Positions 48,982 through 57,123 of a stretch of DNA of 64,000 bases are shown here, one piece after another (the stretch's first letter is position 1; each line of letters begins with the position of its first letter). The notes under the pieces are model-generated. The model searched no databases and was not told the DNA's origin. It saw only the letters and a list, made by a program, of their open reading frames with translations. This stretch comes from a virus (Duplodnaviria; Caudoviricetes). The position numbers and the translations under genes are program-made. Location of the stretch: the IMG/VR virus record IMGVR_UViG_3300020577_013547, positions 313 through 64,312 of that record; one strand, written 5' to 3'.

Positions 48982-49447
48982 GGAAGCTGGCGAGCTGATG
49001 CACGCGCTGCTCAAGAACCAGGGGCAGCACGTGTGGGGCAGCGAAGAGCGATACGCCAATGCCGATTGGCATGCATCAATCGTCGATGCAATCGGCGACT
49101 GTGCGATCTATGCCTGCTCGCTCTGCAATGCACTGGGCTGGGACTTTGCAACGCTCACAGCCCATGCCTGGAACTTTGTTGCGAAGCCGGAGCAAGCATT
49201 CGACTCAGTCGCGAAGCTCGTGCAGATTGCAACGTTCATAGTACAGGACCCAGAGAACAACGTCTGGACTCTCGCCTACTTGCGACAGCTCGGAAGCATT
49301 GCCGCAAACTGGAATCTCGACATCCGGAGCTGCATCGAGGTAACCTGGAGCAAGGTCAAGGAGCGTAAGCGTGCCAGTACTAGCAATCGAGGGACCGGAC
49401 AGGAGCGGCAAGACGACACTGTTTCAAGCGCTGCAAAGGACTGTTAG
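48872..49447 (+). CDS. MazG-like nucleotide pyrophosphohydrolase
   Basis: EEAGEL...DAIGDC; start uncertain. Confidence 0.7.
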   Translation: MTSSSYDLSSLQVEHRQWLAMMYPGQSPKFPAAGMLEEAGELMHALLKNQGQHVWGSEERYANADWHASIVDAIGDCAIYACSLCNALGWDFATLTAHAWNFVAKPEQAFDSVAKLVQIATFIVQDPENNVWTLAYLRQLGSIAANWNLDIRSCIEVTWSKVKERKRASTSNRGTGQERQDDTVSSAAKDC

Positions 49448-49868
49448 CGCCTGCTTCGTTCCAGGTCTGCCACTGCATCCATCAGCGATGCCTGTGATGC
49501 ATCACGTAGAGCAGCGCCAAGCACACCTGTGGCGCTACCTCTACGACCCGCAACGCCTGTACGTCTGCGACCGGCACTTCAGCGTGTCGGCTCCAGTGTA
49601 CGATCGGCTGTACTCGCGGCCAGTGCTGGACATCAGTTACTGGCTTCGCGAGGTGTTCGTCGTGTACCTCGATGTCCCAGAGGCAGAATTGCAGCGGCGG
49701 CACAAAGCCACCAACGATGCTGGTGGCTCAGAGCATGCCAGCCGCGTTCGGCAACTGTACCACGAGCATATTCGCAACTTCGAGCACGCTCGACTCGACG
49801 GCACAAAGCCGACAATTGAGCTCTGCGAGCTCGTTTCTGTACTCGCGAGGAGCATCGCAAATGCATGA
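49371..49868 (+). CDS. Deoxynucleoside monophosphate kinase (dTMP-kinase-like)
   Basis: IEGPDRSGKTT P-loop, CDRH. Confidence 0.8.
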   Translation: MPVLAIEGPDRSGKTTLFQALQRTVSACFVPGLPLHPSAMPVMHHVEQRQAHLWRYLYDPQRLYVCDRHFSVSAPVYDRLYSRPVLDISYWLREVFVVYLDVPEAELQRRHKATNDAGGSEHASRVRQLYHEHIRNFEHARLDGTKPTIELCELVSVLARSIANA

Positions 49869-50283
49869 GCTGTTCCGCCGCCACCATGACTGGTGGCTCA
49901 AGCATCGCAGCAGCGATACTGCACGCCACTGCCTGCTCGGCATGCTCAAGGCTGTCCGCAACTTCGTGCACCCACTGCTCAAGCCTCCTGCCATCGGCGT
50001 GGACAATCGTCCCGCTGCTGTCGAGGCCATCGGCGACATGCTGATGTACTGCTGGTCGCTGCACCATGTACTTGGTGAGCCGTGGCAAGAGTGGAAGCAA
50101 TCGTATGCACAAGCTAACACCGACAAGATACTCGGTTGTATGCTTATCAGCATCGGCAATCAGTTGGCCGCAGGCAAGAGCGATGAGTGGGCTTTGCTAG
50201 AGTACATCGCGGTGCTCGCTCACACCTGCTGCATCCCGCTCGAAGAAGCCGCTGCAATCTCCATCGAGAAGCTCCCATGCTGA
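49861..50283 (+). CDS. Second MazG-like paralog (degenerate)
   Basis: EAIGDMLMY resembles neighbour's DAIGDCAIY. Confidence 0.45.
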   Translation: MHELFRRHHDWWLKHRSSDTARHCLLGMLKAVRNFVHPLLKPPAIGVDNRPAAVEAIGDMLMYCWSLHHVLGEPWQEWKQSYAQANTDKILGCMLISIGNQLAAGKSDEWALLEYIAVLAHTCCIPLEEAAAISIEKLPC

Positions 50284-50915
50284 AGATCGTCGCACACACT
50301 CGCAGTGGCACCCACTACCTCGCTGCCCTGCTCCATGCGAACATGGACACTGGAGCAAAGGAATACAGCGAGTTGGATTACAGCCATTCGCGAGTGCCGA
50401 CTCTCGGCGACCAAATCCTGCCATACATCTGCATCTGGCGGCAGTGCTTGCCGACGATGCTCTCCATCTGGCGCAGCCGCGAGCACCTTGGCATTGCATC
50501 CAGTGTGACATTCAGCGACATGCTTCGCACGGACATGTCCTCAATGCAGCGTAGCAGTGTCGGCCTAGCGACATACAATGGCACTCGCGACGACCGGGTG
50601 TGCGCGCCTCGCGAGTTCAAAGGCATGCTCCTGGAACGCTGGTACAAGCGGACTGTGTACTTCGCAAACCACGCATTCGTCGCCATCCGCTACGACGATG
50701 CAGTCGCTCGGCCATTCGGCGTCGTGCAGCGCGTCGCACAGGCATACAAGAAGCTGTTGCGAAAGCCGTTTGCACCCATAGAGTACAAAGTCGGCTGGCA
50801 ACCAGTGAATTACGACGAGCCGCACGTTACTCCCGACGACTACGAACTCATTGAGAGGTACGAGAAGGCATGCCTCGCAAACTTACACTTGTCCGTCACG
50901 GCCCCACTGTCCTGA
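50277..50915 (+). CDS. Sulfotransferase-like P-loop protein
   Basis: HTRSGTHYL PAPS-loop, IWR, IRYDD. Confidence 0.6.
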   Translation: MLKIVAHTRSGTHYLAALLHANMDTGAKEYSELDYSHSRVPTLGDQILPYICIWRQCLPTMLSIWRSREHLGIASSVTFSDMLRTDMSSMQRSSVGLATYNGTRDDRVCAPREFKGMLLERWYKRTVYFANHAFVAIRYDDAVARPFGVVQRVAQAYKKLLRKPFAPIEYKVGWQPVNYDEPHVTPDDYELIERYEKACLANLHLSVTAPLS

Positions 50916-51388
50916 ACGAGGCTGGTCGCCTCCGCGGCTGGATGGACCCGCCGCTCAGCAAAGCAGGCTACGAGGTGGCTCGCAACTTGGCACTGCTCAA
51001 GTACACAGGCATCGTGTACTCGAGCGACTTGTGCCGAGCGACGCAGACGGCGCAGTACATCACTCGCTTCTACGAGGCGACTCCAGCCCTTCGCCCCTGG
51101 AACGTAGGCATCTATGCTGGCCAGCCAGCGGCCATCGTGCATCCGAGGCTCGTCGAGTACCAACAGAAGCACCCCAATGTCGCTGTGCCGTTCGGCGAAC
51201 CGTGGAACGACTTCGTGAAGCGACTCATCGGCTTCGCATCCAGGTGCAAAGACGGCGACGTACTCGTCACGCACTACCGCTGCTGCAAGTTGCTTCAAGC
51301 GTGGACTGGGAGCGAAGTCGATTGGGACGTGATGCTCCGCGACGACGTAGAAACAGCGAGTGTGATGCATGTTACACTGGACTCGTAG
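50870..51388 (+). CDS. Histidine phosphatase (phosphoglycerate mutase family)
   Basis: LVRHG.T..N...G..D.PL, SSDL.RA.QTA. Confidence 0.85.
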   Translation: MPRKLTLVRHGPTVLNEAGRLRGWMDPPLSKAGYEVARNLALLKYTGIVYSSDLCRATQTAQYITRFYEATPALRPWNVGIYAGQPAAIVHPRLVEYQQKHPNVAVPFGEPWNDFVKRLIGFASRCKDGDVLVTHYRCCKLLQAWTGSEVDWDVMLRDDVETASVMHVTLDS

Positions 51389-52043
51389 CGAAGTTGCGAA
51401 GTACTACCCGGACATGTTGCTCGTGAAGCGAGCTGATGAGACATTCGGGCCGTGTGCTACCACTCCAGGGAAGCTCGTCGACATCGTCGGCATGCTTCGG
51501 TATTTGGAAGTGCTGCCAACCGACTACGTGCTGGACCTCGGCGCACACGTAGGCAGCTACGCAGTGGCATGCATCCATGAAGGTGCGAAGGTTCGCGCTG
51601 TCGAGGCACATCCAGACAACTATTGCATCTTGCATGCAAACCTTAGCACCCAGTGTGAATGCATTCATGCAGCCGTGACAGCCGCTGGCGGCACTGCAGA
51701 GCTGCAAGTCTGCTCGACGTACAGCCACAGCATCGTGAAGCGGAAGCGGAGGTTTGGGCGCGGAGCCGCGAGCATCCAGGTACCAGCCGTAACGCTGCCG
51801 TCACTGCTTGAAGGCATCACAGTACTCAAGTGCGACGTTGAGGGCGCCGAATACGAACTGGAGCTGGAGAAGCATGTGGCTGGACTTCGTGCACTTACAG
51901 TCGAGTTCCATCGGCACTCAGGCGACTGGAAGGCGGACGCCTGGGCCATCTGCGATCGTATTCGCGACGCTGGATTCGTTGAGACACGTAGGCCGCTCTT
52001 CAACAGCCAGTGGAACAACTATGGCGTCTGGCATCGTCCGTAG
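51369..52043 (+). CDS. FkbM-family methyltransferase
   Basis: VLDLGAHVG, VEAHPDN, LKCDVEGAE. Confidence 0.85.
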   Translation: MLHWTRSEVAKYYPDMLLVKRADETFGPCATTPGKLVDIVGMLRYLEVLPTDYVLDLGAHVGSYAVACIHEGAKVRAVEAHPDNYCILHANLSTQCECIHAAVTAAGGTAELQVCSTYSHSIVKRKRRFGRGAASIQVPAVTLPSLLEGITVLKCDVEGAEYELELEKHVAGLRALTVEFHRHSGDWKADAWAICDRIRDAGFVETRRPLFNSQWNNYGVWHRP

Positions 52044-52170
52044 CACCTCTCGAATCAATCTCGATTCAACCCTCAACCCTTCATTCAGAATCGACCAGGG
52101 ACTCAACCACGCGACGCGGTGATATCCCTGGATTTCATGGATGATTCTTCGATTCTGAGACGTGGAAACC

Positions 52171-52261
52171 AGCTCGTTTTCCGCGGAAAACTTTTTGGAC
52201 AATTTTCCAAATTTCCGTTCATCCTGGCATACATCGCCTAGCTCGTTTTCCGTGGAAAACT
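52171..52261. promoter_or_regulatory. Two direct copies of AGCTCGTTTTCCG(C/T)GGAAAACT, each with a palindromic core
   Basis: 52171-52192 and 52240-52261; operator-like. Confidence 0.6.
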
Positions 52262-52286
52262 GGCTGTGCGATGTACGGGAGAATCA

Positions 52287-52314
52287 TTGACACTCTCCGA
52301 ACTCATGATATACT
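52287..52314 (+). promoter_or_regulatory. Strong early sigma70 promoter
   Basis: TTGACA-16-TATACT with extended TG. Confidence 0.8.
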
Positions 52315-52595
52315 ATCCTTACATGAATGACACAGAGGACTGAGACGAGAAGAGATTCAACACCTGAGTCAGATTCGAGGGAGGAAGTCTCCCGACCGAG
52401 TCCAAAGTGATCTTTGACAATTCGAGATTCGACCCGAGTGCCGTGAATATGGGCACTGAGGTGGGAAGGAAACTTCCGACGCTGCAAAGCTCCTCAGTTC
52501 CAGCAAAGCGGTGAAGGACACCGGAGCAAAAGGCGCAAACCTCCGCTCAACGGTCCGAGAATGACGAGGGTCGAATCGAAACAGCAATCTCACCG

Positions 52596-52656
52596 TGTCG
52601 AAACGGTGTGGGCAACCACGCCGTCCAGGAAGCGATTACTTCCTGCTGATGAGACA
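52596..52656 (+). ncRNA. Hammerhead ribozyme 1 (type II), cut after 52625
   Basis: tgtc GAAAC [stem III] GTC [caggaag/cttcctg] CTGATGA gaca. Confidence 0.9.
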
Positions 52657-52678
52657 GTACTCTCAACGAGATGCTGAC

Positions 52679-52912
52679 ATGACGAAGTTCAACGCCACGA
52701 AGTCCATGACCGTGTGTGAGTTCCTGAACACCGTCGGATACGACGTGTTCGTGCTCGTCGTCCTGACGATTCGCGAATGCCGCGAAGAGGGAATGCGGTA
52801 TCGCGAGATCGACGAGGAGTTCAATCTCCCCCTTCGCTCCTGCCGCCTGATGAACGGCGACCGCGCGAAGTTGGTGTGCGACGCGATTCCGGTGACCGAC
52901 ATCGTCGCCTGA
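52679..52912 (+). CDS. Early hypothetical protein
   Basis: Exactly fills HH1-HH2 interval. Confidence 0.65.
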   Translation: MTKFNATKSMTVCEFLNTVGYDVFVLVVLTIRECREEGMRYREIDEEFNLPLRSCRLMNGDRAKLVCDAIPVTDIVA

Positions 52913-52968
52913 GGCCGAAACGCGGGACTCTTCCCGCGTCCACGAGTTACGCTCGTGCTGATGAGGCC
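52913..52968 (+). ncRNA. Hammerhead ribozyme 2, cut after 52940
   Basis: ggcc GAAAC [gcggga/tcccgc] GTC [cacgag/ctcgtg] CTGATGA ggcc. Confidence 0.92.
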
Positions 52969-52993
52969 AGAACGCCTTGAAGAGGACACTGAG

Positions 52994-53143
52994 ATGTTCG
53001 AAGTTCAGCAGCGCATTAACGACGAATGGCAGACAGTCGATGCATCCGATCGCATCGACGAAGCGCTAGAGCTCAAGCGAGACCTCGAGGCGCAGAATCC
53101 AAATGCACAGTACCGCGTGTGGACTGACATCTGCCCGAACTGA
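52994..53143 (+). CDS. 49-aa early protein, copy 1
   Basis: GAGGA RBS; MFEVQQRINDEWQ... Confidence 0.65.
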   Translation: MFEVQQRINDEWQTVDASDRIDEALELKRDLEAQNPNAQYRVWTDICPN

Positions 53144-53149
53144 GACCGA

Positions 53150-53205
53150 GGCCGAAACGCGGGACTCTTCCCGCGTCCACGAGTTACGCTCGTGCTGATG
53201 AGGCC
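53150..53205 (+). ncRNA. Hammerhead ribozyme 3, cut after 53177
   Basis: Identical to HH2. Confidence 0.92.
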
Positions 53206-53230
53206 AGAACGCCTTGAAGAGGACACTGAG

Positions 53231-53380
53231 ATGTTCGAAGTTCAGCAGCGCATTAACGACGAATGGCAGACAGTCGATGCATCCGATCGCATCGACGAAG
53301 CGCTAGAGCTCAAGCGAGACCTCGAGGCGCAGAATCCAAATGCACAGTACCGCGTGTGGACTGACATCTGCCCGAACTGA
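53231..53380 (+). CDS. 49-aa early protein, copy 2
   Basis: Identical to copy 1. Confidence 0.65.
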   Translation: MFEVQQRINDEWQTVDASDRIDEALELKRDLEAQNPNAQYRVWTDICPN

Positions 53381-53386
53381 GACCGA

Positions 53387-53442
53387 GGCCGAAACGCGGG
53401 ACTCTTCCCGCGTCCACGAGTTACGCTCGTGCTGATGAGGCC
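53387..53442 (+). ncRNA. Hammerhead ribozyme 4, cut after 53414
   Basis: Identical to HH2. Confidence 0.92.
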
Positions 53443-53467
53443 AGAACGCCTTGAAGAGGACACTGAG

Positions 53468-53659
53468 ATGTTCCGAATCGAGTTGATCGTCCGTGGCGAT
53501 GCCGCGCCCATCCTGGAGCGGTACGACGAGTGCCTGGCGGACTTCGAGTCGAGCGGCGACCGCCTGACGCTCTTCGCGTGGCCTGAAGCCAACGAGGAGC
53601 TCATGCGGCGACTGGAGCTGGACGACGACGTCCAGTTCGTCCAACCCAAGAATTGGTGA
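53468..53659 (+). CDS. Acidic early hypothetical protein
   Basis: Same leader and RBS as repeat unit; fills HH4-HH5. Confidence 0.65.
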   Translation: MFRIELIVRGDAAPILERYDECLADFESSGDRLTLFAWPEANEELMRRLELDDDVQFVQPKNW

Positions 53660-53661
53660 AA

Positions 53662-53716
53662 GCCGAAACGGCCTTCGGGCCGTCCAGCGAGAATGACCTC
53701 TCGCTGCTGATGAGGC
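53662..53716 (+). ncRNA. Hammerhead ribozyme 5, cut after 53684
   Basis: gcc GAAAC [ggcc ttcg ggcc] GTC [cagcgag/ctcgctg] CTGATGA ggc. Confidence 0.92.
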
Positions 53717-53739
53717 AGGTCCCTCGACAGAGAGCATAC

Positions 53740-53916
53740 ATGCGACACGCAGCAGTGAAGCGAACTCCTGTGTACTCAGTGCACATGATCGCTCTGGTGC
53801 TCGGGCGACATGTGTCGTTCGTGCGAGCCGAGTGCTTGCGGCTCTTCGGCCGCGATCACGGCGAGTTCACAGAGGATGATGTTCGAAGGATTAAGAGCGG
53901 TACATACAGTCGATAG
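53740..53916 (+). CDS. Early hypothetical protein
   Basis: Fills HH5-HH6. Confidence 0.55.
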   Translation: MRHAAVKRTPVYSVHMIALVLGRHVSFVRAECLRLFGRDHGEFTEDDVRRIKSGTYSR

Positions 53917-53917
53917 G

Positions 53918-53978
53918 TGCCGAAACACGGGCCAGTGGTCCGTGTCCGAGAGGCCTGTAACCTCTCGCTGACGAGGCA
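53918..53978 (+). ncRNA. Hammerhead ribozyme 6, cut after 53946
   Basis: tgcc GAAAC..GTC [cgagagg/cctctcg] CTGACGA ggca. Confidence 0.9.
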
Positions 53979-54032
53979 GAACTCCTCATGCGGTGGCGAC
54001 CGCGCATACAAATTACGCCAGAGGATTTCGAC

Positions 54033-54434
54033 ATGGCCGAAGACAAGAAGCCCGCTCCCGCCCCGGCCGCCAAGGCCGCCCCGGCCCCCGCGACGAAGCC
54101 CGTCGAGGTGCCGGAGACGAAGGAGAAGGCGCCCAAGAAGGTCTGGGTCTACGAATTCGCCGATGCCGACAAGGCGAAGGCCGAAGCCGAAGGCCGGACC
54201 AAGGGTCCGCGCAAGGCGTTCAAGGTGACCGCGAACGGCAAGGACTACTTCATCGTCCACGTGAACGAGGGCCGCGCCCTCGGCTACGTCGCCGAGAAGC
54301 TCGGGTTCACCGCGGACGAGATCGGCAAGACGAAGAAGGTGAAAGCGGTCGGCATCGACGGCCTCAAGGCCGCGCTCGAAGCCCTTCCGCCGGAAGAGCG
54401 CGCCAAGTTCCTCGCGGAATACGGCGTCAAGTGA
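54033..54434 (+). CDS. Lys/Ala/Pro-rich, highly expressed early protein
   Basis: Strong codon bias; GAGGA RBS. Confidence 0.75.
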   Translation: MAEDKKPAPAPAAKAAPAPATKPVEVPETKEKAPKKVWVYEFADADKAKAEAEGRTKGPRKAFKVTANGKDYFIVHVNEGRALGYVAEKLGFTADEIGKTKKVKAVGIDGLKAALEALPPEERAKFLAEYGVK

Positions 54435-54447
54435 AGTCCATCGCAAC

Positions 54448-54511
54448 GGCGAAACACCCAGCCAATCGGCTGGGTGTCTGTGCAGACTGATACCCTGCAC
54501 ACTGATGAGCC
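54448..54511 (+). ncRNA. Hammerhead ribozyme 7, cut after 54478
   Basis: ggc GAAAC [acccagcc/ggctgggt] GTC [tgtgcag/ctgcaca] CTGATGA gcc. Confidence 0.92.
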
Positions 54512-54535
54512 AGATCGCTCGACGGAGACACGTCA

Positions 54536-54775
54536 ATGCCGAAGTTCACACGTGAGCAGTTTGCTGCCAGCGCCCCGAAGTGCGAAGTCACTGTCACAAT
54601 CGGCGACACCACCAAGACCTTCGTGTTCTTCCCGAAGGAGTCGTCCACTGGGTCCCTCGGGTACGGTTCCGAAGGCTGGGGCGAGAACATCACGATCCCG
54701 TTCCTCGGGAACCAGGAGGACTTCCAACTGTCCTTCCGGCTGACCTCCATCCACTCCAAGAAGTTGCCGAAGTAA
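54536..54775 (+). CDS. Early hypothetical protein
   Basis: GGAGA RBS; fills HH7-HH8. Confidence 0.7.
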   Translation: MPKFTREQFAASAPKCEVTVTIGDTTKTFVFFPKESSTGSLGYGSEGWGENITIPFLGNQEDFQLSFRLTSIHSKKLPK

Positions 54776-54777
54776 CA

Positions 54778-54833
54778 TGGCGAAACCCGAGGCGCACCTC
54801 GGGTCTGCAGGTACGACCTGCACTGATGAGCCA
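54778..54833 (+). ncRNA. Hammerhead ribozyme 8, cut after 54805
   Basis: tggc GAAAC [ccgagg/cctcgg] GTC [tgcagg/cctgca] CTGATGA gcca. Confidence 0.92.
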
Positions 54834-54857
54834 GTCCGCTCACGAGGAGATGCACAC

Positions 54858-55064
54858 ATGCTGCTCAAAGTACGAGTTCGCAGGTACGATGACTCTCGGC
54901 CAATCCGAGAGCGTATGCTAGAGCTCGAGCTCGCACAGAACACATCTGTCGAGCAACAGTACATCACTGGAGACTTCGTCGACGACTCGCCGGGCCCATA
55001 CTTGTTGCGAGCCAAGCAGTTGGCGAGTCAGTGCGATGTCGAAGTCGAAGTCATCCCCGGCTGA
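54858..55064 (+). CDS. Early hypothetical protein
   Basis: GAGGAG RBS; fills HH8-HH9. Confidence 0.65.
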   Translation: MLLKVRVRRYDDSRPIRERMLELELAQNTSVEQQYITGDFVDDSPGPYLLRAKQLASQCDVEVEVIPG

Positions 55065-55066
55065 CA

Positions 55067-55123
55067 TGCCGAAACGTGCTTCGGCGCGTCGCGTGGAACT
55101 AACCTACCACGCCTGATGAGGCA
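55067..55123 (+). ncRNA. Hammerhead ribozyme 9, cut after 55090
   Basis: tgcc GAAAC [gtgc ttcg gcgc] GTC [gcgtgg/ccacgc] CTGATGA ggca. Confidence 0.92.
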
Positions 55124-55150
55124 GGTCCCTCGAGCGTAGGCGGAAGTACA

Positions 55151-55471
55151 ATGACTGAGTGGAACCGCGATGCGATGGAGTTCGAGGAAGCTCGGTTGCG
55201 CCGCAAGGAGCAACGCCGCTCCATGCCGAAGCAAATCATGCACTGCGCGGACGACCTGCAGAATCCGGATCACCTGGTGCTGGTGTACGCATGCCGAGAC
55301 TCTGCGGAGCGATCGCTTCGGTACACGAAGATGGGCGACGCGATCCTGATGCTCGGGTTCATCGTGACCGAGCAGTTCGGCTGGACGACGCGGCTGCTGC
55401 AACCGTCCCGCGAATTCGCAGAACGGTACCTCGCAAGCCGTCGGCAGTTGCACATCGCAGAATGCATCTAA
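55151..55471 (+). CDS. Early hypothetical protein
   Basis: Fills HH9-HH10. Confidence 0.65.
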   Translation: MTEWNRDAMEFEEARLRRKEQRRSMPKQIMHCADDLQNPDHLVLVYACRDSAERSLRYTKMGDAILMLGFIVTEQFGWTTRLLQPSREFAERYLASRRQLHIAECI

Positions 55472-55528
55472 GCCGAAATGCCTCGCAAGAGGCATCGTGC
55501 GAGAATGACCTCTTGCACCTGACGAGGC
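55472..55528 (+). ncRNA. Hammerhead ribozyme 10, AUC triplet, cut after 55496
   Basis: gcc GAAAT [gcctc/gaggc] ATC (compensatory U-A pair) [gtgcgag/cttgcac] CTGACGA ggc. Confidence 0.88.
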
Positions 55529-55551
55529 AGGTCCCTTGCAAGAGGTGAAGC

Positions 55552-55872
55552 ATGTGGGTTTTCACACGGTACGGATTCTATAGTGCCGTCAAGAAGCAAG
55601 GGCAGGTGCACATCCGAGCACGCCTTGCTTCGCACCTGGAAGCGATCAAGCGACGCTTCGAGGTGAAGGCGAAGATCAGCAAGTCCAAGCATGCGGACTA
55701 CAAGTACCGCATGCTCGTCTCACCAGCCGAGTGGGCTCGCCTCGCCGAGGCCCTCGCCGACGAACTCGACTACCCGAACTTCAAGAGCGAGGTGCTTCGG
55801 AACCAGGGACATACACCGTATGAAGAGGCGCTGCACAAGGTGTGGGCGACGATGCACAAGCTGCAGAAGTGA
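55552..55872 (+). CDS. Conserved phage early hypothetical protein
   Basis: MWVFTRYGFYSAV..HIRAR..ADYKYR..DYPNFKS, a recurrent phage family pattern. Confidence 0.75.
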   Translation: MWVFTRYGFYSAVKKQGQVHIRARLASHLEAIKRRFEVKAKISKSKHADYKYRMLVSPAEWARLAEALADELDYPNFKSEVLRNQGHTPYEEALHKVWATMHKLQK

Positions 55873-55959
55873 GTACCTCGTGCCAGGCCAGAGGCTACAA
55901 TGCTGGCCTGCCGCGAGCTACTGACTCGATTCCGAGCAGAGTTCAACAGGAGACATGCC

Positions 55960-56361
55960 ATGGCTGAGATTAAGCTGTCTGTGGCCTCGGTGGAACTGAG
56001 GACGTGCAAGCTGAGCAAGGCGATCCTCAAGCAGCTCCCCATCTGCAATGGGTGGGACGATCTGCGGCAACACGTCAGTCAGTTCATCCGCTCGCCGCAC
56101 GACGACCGCCGGCTCAAGGACATCGAGGCCAAGTACTCGACGGCAACCGAAGACGAGCGGAAGGAGGCGCAGGAACTCGCTGCCAAGAAGGGCTTCGCCG
56201 AGTACATCAAGATGTACACCGTGGGCTGGATCCATGGCGCGGTGATGGGTGACGAGTTCACCCGGTTCCTGATGGTGCAGACCGAGCCTGGTCAATACGT
56301 CCTCTATCGCAACGCCATGCCGGACACCATCGCCAAGTTCAAGCAGCTGTTCGTGCTCTAA
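55960..56361 (+). CDS. Early hypothetical protein
   Basis: AGGAGA RBS; ends at HH11. Confidence 0.7.
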   Translation: MAEIKLSVASVELRTCKLSKAILKQLPICNGWDDLRQHVSQFIRSPHDDRRLKDIEAKYSTATEDERKEAQELAAKKGFAEYIKMYTVGWIHGAVMGDEFTRFLMVQTEPGQYVLYRNAMPDTIAKFKQLFVL

Positions 56362-56418
56362 GCCGAAACGGGAGGCAACTCCCGTCGTGCGAGAATGACC
56401 TCTCGCGCCTGATGAGGC
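56362..56418 (+). ncRNA. Hammerhead ribozyme 11, cut after 56386
   Basis: gcc GAAAC [gggag gcaa ctccc] GTC [gtgcgag/ctcgcgc] CTGATGA ggc. Confidence 0.92.
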
Positions 56419-56441
56419 AGGTCCCTCTGGAGGCATGCTAC

Positions 56442-56762
56442 ATGCCTACAATCACGTCGAAGCGCTGTCCGCGGTGCAAGAGCACCAAGCAACTCGAAGT
56501 GTCATTCGCGCAGCTCCTGCAGTACGAGCGAGGAGCTCAAATCCAGGATGCGTTTCCGCACCTCAGTGCTGACGACCGCGAGCGGTTCATCACTGGGTAC
56601 TGTCCCAAGTGCTGGAACAGCATCTTCCACAATGTCGATGCGAGCGGCGAGTACTGCTCCTGCGAACAGGATGCAGTGACATGCCAGGAGTGCGGCAAGC
56701 GCGTCTGCGGCACCCTGGTTACCTGGGTTGACGGCAAAGGAAACGTCTGCAATGATCACTAA
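56442..56762 (+). CDS. Cys-rich (Zn-binding) early protein
   Basis: CPRC, CPKC, CSC, CQEC pairs; GGAGG RBS. Confidence 0.65.
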   Translation: MPTITSKRCPRCKSTKQLEVSFAQLLQYERGAQIQDAFPHLSADDRERFITGYCPKCWNSIFHNVDASGEYCSCEQDAVTCQECGKRVCGTLVTWVDGKGNVCNDH

Positions 56763-57123
56763 GCAATTCGTGCTGGCTGGACGCGCGAAGCTTACGATCC
56801 AGCTCCCAGATGGCACTCACCGGACTTACAAGATCGTGCGTGCCAAGAAGACGGGAAAGTACTGGTGTCACCTGCTCACGGCACCAGACACGTACACGTT
56901 CTTCGGCGGCCTAGACGTCTCCACTGGAGCTGTCTCAGGCACTGCCTTCGCTCACCGACTTCTAAGCCGAGTGCTCCAGTGCATCTGGCGTGGCGACGAA
57001 GCATACAAGCCACACGGCTACAACGTATATCACAGTGGGTGCTGCGGCCGATGTGGCCGCGAGCTCACAGTTCCCGCGTCGATACTCTCAGGCATTGGGC
57101 CTGAGTGCTCGAAGTACGTGTAA
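56752..57123 (+). CDS. DUF6011-type Zn-finger protein
   Basis: CGRCGRELTVPASILSGIGPEC. Confidence 0.75.
   Translation: MITKQFVLAGRAKLTIQLPDGTHRTYKIVRAKKTGKYWCHLLTAPDTYTFFGGLDVSTGAVSGTAFAHRLLSRVLQCIWRGDEAYKPHGYNVYHSGCCGRCGRELTVPASILSGIGPECSKYV

Larger units (their letters stand above)
52911..53473 (+). repeat. Exact 237-bp tandem repeat (about 2.4 units): ribozyme plus 49-aa gene
   Basis: Identical sequence at 237-bp offset. Confidence 0.95.
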
